Shown here piece after piece: positions 60,187 through 64,000 of a stretch of 64,000 bases of DNA. The stretch's first letter is position 1; each line of letters opens with the position of its first letter. The position numbers and the translations under genes are program-made. The notes beneath the pieces were generated by a model. It saw nothing but the letters and a program-made list of their open reading frames with translations, was not told the DNA's origin and ran no database searches. Source of the stretch: Plasmodiophora brassicae (lineage: Eukaryota); NCBI GenBank assembly GCA_036867785.1, contig CP145410.1, positions 186,001 to 250,000 of the forward strand, written 5' to 3'.

Positions 60187-61003
60187 ATGTCAATGGATGG
60201 CGACGCTGCGCATTGGAATCTGCCTGGGACGCCGGCGAGCCAGCTGTGGGCGTGGAAAGTCACCGATCCAGACCAGTCCGAAGGCGCGTTCGCAGCCCAG
60301 GAGTACATTCAGGACCTGATTCGCCAGAATCCGTCCGATTTGAACAAGCTCTTGACGGTGCCGTCAAACCAGGACAGCAGCGTCTGGGTCCTTGAACACA
60401 TCAGGTCTTTCGTAGCATTATTTCGAACAGTTGAACTTTAATTATTCAATTATGTTTATGTAGGCAAATTCTTCTCGAACTCAACCATTTCACTGCCTTT
60501 ATTGGTGATGATTGTTCAGCAGAGACTTGCCCGAAGATGGTTGCCGCCAAATGGGGTACACTGATCACAGCTCCCCTTCATTGCCGCGGTAAACTAACGT
60601 CAGGCTCCCTGCAGAATTCCTCTGTGCTGCTCACAAGAAACCGCAGGACTGCTGCGCGATCGATTACATCCTGCACACTCTGAACGGATTCACTGGCCTT
60701 GTGAACAACAAGAGTATCTTTCCCAGTCGTGGTTAGTGCTGCGACTTGGTTCCTGTGCATCTGATACAATGGTCAGTTTGATGAGCAGTTCGGATTCCAC
60801 CCAAGTCACAGCAGTTCTTCCAGTCGATTCCGCGAAGACTCGCGCGTGTGTTCGCACACGTGTTCTTTCACCATCGTGAGCTCTTCGACAAGTTCGAGCA
60901 CAGGACGTATCTCTGCTCCCGCTTTGTCGCGCTGGTCACCAAGTTCAAGCTGCTCCAGCGTCAGCACATCATCATCCCCGTGGAACAACTTCCTATTTCG
61001 TGA
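60187..61003 (+). CDS. MOB4: MOB4/phocein family protein, multi-exon
   Basis: [58 protein letters not shown]. Confidence 0.9.
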
Positions 61004-61303
61004 ACTCCAACCTAGTCCAATGTACTATAGTACCTATTGCTGCGGATCATGCGAAAGCTTTATTTCATCTGGGGTTTCAGTGGGCACCACGAAGCGGCCC
61101 CTGAACCCTCGACCCACTTTTAGACCAAGCAAAAATTGGTTGCGTAAACCTGCGGCTGTTACCGAAATGGTCGCTCCTCACGAGCTGGATTAATCACATT
61201 CACATCTCTGCATTCAGCCGGCTGATTTTGTTGTCCGAGTCGGTGGGTCCCGGACGTCGTCGTCGGCCACCGACGCCGCATGCCTAGGCGTCGACCCTGA
61301 CCG

Positions 61304-64000
61304 ATGCTCGAAGGCCTCGTCCGGCGCATCCTCGTCGACCGATTCGGGGACTATGTCCATGGAATGGACGAGGCGCGCTTGTCGAGCGGCCTAAGCCGAG
61401 GCGAGTTGCTCTTGTCGGATCTTCGCCTTAAGGACAGGGCCACAGAGGCGCTGGGCCTTGCCCCTTCGTTCAAGTTGCACTATGGCGTTATCGGCAAGAT
61501 GCGAGTGGATCTGCCCGGCTTAACCAGCCTGGGCTCCAAGCCTGTTCTTATTCGTGTTGAAAATGTATATCTTCTGATGGCGGCTTGTCGGCCGGAGGCC
61601 AATCGAAGCGGGAGCCTTCTCGCCGAAGCACAAAAGCTGGCACGTCTCCGCAAGAGGCAAAGTATCGAACATGCAATGACGTCACTTCTTTCCTATTTGC
61701 CGAGTGGGGCTGGCGGTGCAGCATCATCATCTTCTTCCTCCTCTGGTGGGTTTATTCAGTCGTTTGTTCCGATCACTGTCATACTGGCGAACTTACGGCT
61801 CGAGATTATCAATCTGCACATCCGATGTGAGGATTCGTCTGCGACACAGCCTGGTCGCCAATTTGCATTTGGTATATCAGCGACGTTGATCAAGTTACGC
61901 GCCGTGGACCAGGCTGGACGTGATACCTTCGTCAGTGAATCGACTTCGGTCAGCCGTCGCAAGGTTGAGGCTCAAGATCTTTCGATCTATTGGGACTCAG
62001 ACATCAACGACAGCGATAACCCGATGTGGGTTTCTGCGTTCGATGACCAGGGTGGAAGCGAGAACGATGATGAGAGCAGGAGCACAGATTCTCTGCGCGA
62101 TCGAAACGATGCCCTTGAGCTTCGAATGTGTGAAGGCATTGCAACGCAATCGGGGTTCCCAGATTTCTCCTCCATTCGACACGACTGTTTCATCATGCCT
62201 CCCATCACCGCATGCGCATATCTTCAAATCAACAGCGACTTCAGTAATTTCGATACTGGCCGCTGTCGGGTGGACTGTGACATTCCCCGCCTGGCTCTGC
62301 ATATTCGAAGCCATCAGTTCAAGGACGTTAAATCCATTGTCAGCTACCGTGCTGCATTGCAGAAACGATTATCTGCGGCAGAAATCTTGCTGCGGTTGCA
62401 ATCACGCCGTCCCCAGCGTTCTGTACGGGAGAGGCCTATTGTGTGGTTTCAGTATGCTGTCCTTTCTACTATTGAGTTGATTCGGTCTCGTCGAGGTTCG
62501 AGGTATGGTGAGTGTCGTTCCGGCTCTTGGAGCTGGGTAACACAACGAAACATCTGTAATGACCGTCGAGCGTATATGTCTATCTATCAACGGCGCCTAC
62601 GTCGGCAAGGCAAGTCTGAATCGGCCAGGCCTCTGATTGATTCTGCAGTTGTTGCCAACGGCACTGATAATGGTTCAAGTGCGGCTGCACGATCTGCAGT
62701 CGATAAGATCCTAGGGCACGTATCATCTGCTGTGGATATCATCGAGGATGACGCCGAACTCCAACGGCTCGAAGATCGGCTGCCTACGCCGCTCCTTGTC
62801 CTGTTTCGATCTTTGGTGCATGAACATCATGCCGTTGAGCAGACCATCAAGCAGAAACTCGAAGTCCAGAACGCCACTGGCTACTTCTCTTGGTTGTTTA
62901 CCAGTAGCCCTGGAGCTGCAGATCTCAGTGACGATCAGAAGCAAGCCATCAGGAAGGAAACCAACTTGATATCCAAAATGAACACTGGGGTAGTGCCGAC
63001 AGACTTCGAGGTACGTCAGCTCAACCTTGGGCGATGTTGGAGTACATCACTGAACGCCGTTCTAGGTGTTCCACTTGAGCTTCGAAACGGATGTTCTCTT
63101 CACTCTCTATCAAGATCGAAACGGGACCGACACCGGCGACCTGCCTTTGGCTTCGGTTGACGTCAACCTCAACGTAAAATTTATTCAGTCCCCGTCCAGT
63201 CTTCAGTGTCACCTATTTAGCAAGAGGTTTCGTGCTTCTGATTTGACGGCTCCTGAACGACAACCGCTTACAATACTGTCACTTCACCCCTCAAACCCGG
63301 ACGTTTCTTATGTCCTTCAGCTGTTTCTGGAATCATGGTCCGATCCTGGGGCACATCTTGACCTATCCCTTTCGCTCAATTTACAAACCACAAGACTCGT
63401 TTGGGATGGTCGGTTCTTCAAACGGGTGATCCGATTCCTGCACGCCAGCCACAATCGATCTGCTCGTCGATTATTTGACGCCGCTTTCTGGCAATGGACA
63501 GAAGCCCAGCAGGCTTTCTTGTTAAGCTCTTTGACCAGGCATCGTCGACGGCATCTATCGGTTTCTCTCGGTGTACTCAGTATTACAATCGTCGAGGATC
63601 ACCCAGATGTGATCGGCATAGCGTGGAGAGGCATTACCATTCGATCGGAACCCGATGGTACTGGCAATGTGACCGACCGCATTGTTGCCGACCTGGACCA
63701 AGTCCAAATCAGTTTACGCTCTTCAAATACGGTCGATGATTGGATTCTCCTGGAGCCGCTCAACGTTCATTGTGTAACCAAGCTTTCTCTACAGCTTTCG
63801 CTTCTGGATGTCGACGCCCGATTCGACCCAATTCATTTGGCATTTGATATCGATCGTTTACTGGCAGCCCTTCACATTTGCCACAGTGCGTTCATAACTG
63901 CCTTTTCGTTCTTACGACCGGACGACGCTGGTGGCAAACCGCCGTCAGGCCCGAATGTTCTTCGTCAGATAACTGCTCCCCTTTTCTCCGTCCTGTCATC
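61304..64000 (+). CDS. VPS13/chorein-N family lipid transfer protein, 5' part; runs off the window end
   Basis: MLEGLVRRILVDRFGDYV...GELLLSDLRLK...LGSKPVLIRVENVYLL, NLRLEIINLHIRCED...FAFGI. Confidence 0.82.

Overview
Gene-dense, GC-rich eukaryotic DNA with many short (~45-70 nt) GT-AG introns carrying CTGAC/CTAAC branch sites. This style resembles a plasmodiophorid such as Plasmodiophora (inference only). Recognisable housekeeping genes are UTP18, TAF12, UCH37, an organellar-type AlaRS, GPN2, HSP20, KNL1, a CTL transporter, riboflavin kinase, TBC1D23-like, METTL5, TFIIA, a DAGK/SphK-like kinase, AspRS, a SWIB protein, WDR82, an S10 peptidase, an MFS transporter, ATP6AP2-like, IFRD, eIF3e, MOB4 and the start of a VPS13-like gene. 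Two accessory islands stand out. The first (~8.4-16.2 kb) holds an intronless, bacterial-type TROVE/ROT-like + TerD protein with an F-box-like N-terminus, an inverted copy of part of its own coding sequence, a tRNA-like Pol III-type element, a secreted ankyrin protein and retroelement debris. The second (~41.3-51 kb) holds a secreted CocE-family protein lacking its catalytic Ser, an ankyrin + paraflagellar-rod-like coiled-coil protein, a long hairpin, a LINE-like 3' end and secreted enzymes. A spliced small Cys-rich secreted protein at 56.3-57.0 kb is not visible in the ORF track. All family calls come from motifs recognised by eye; no searches were run, and exon boundaries are approximate unless stated.
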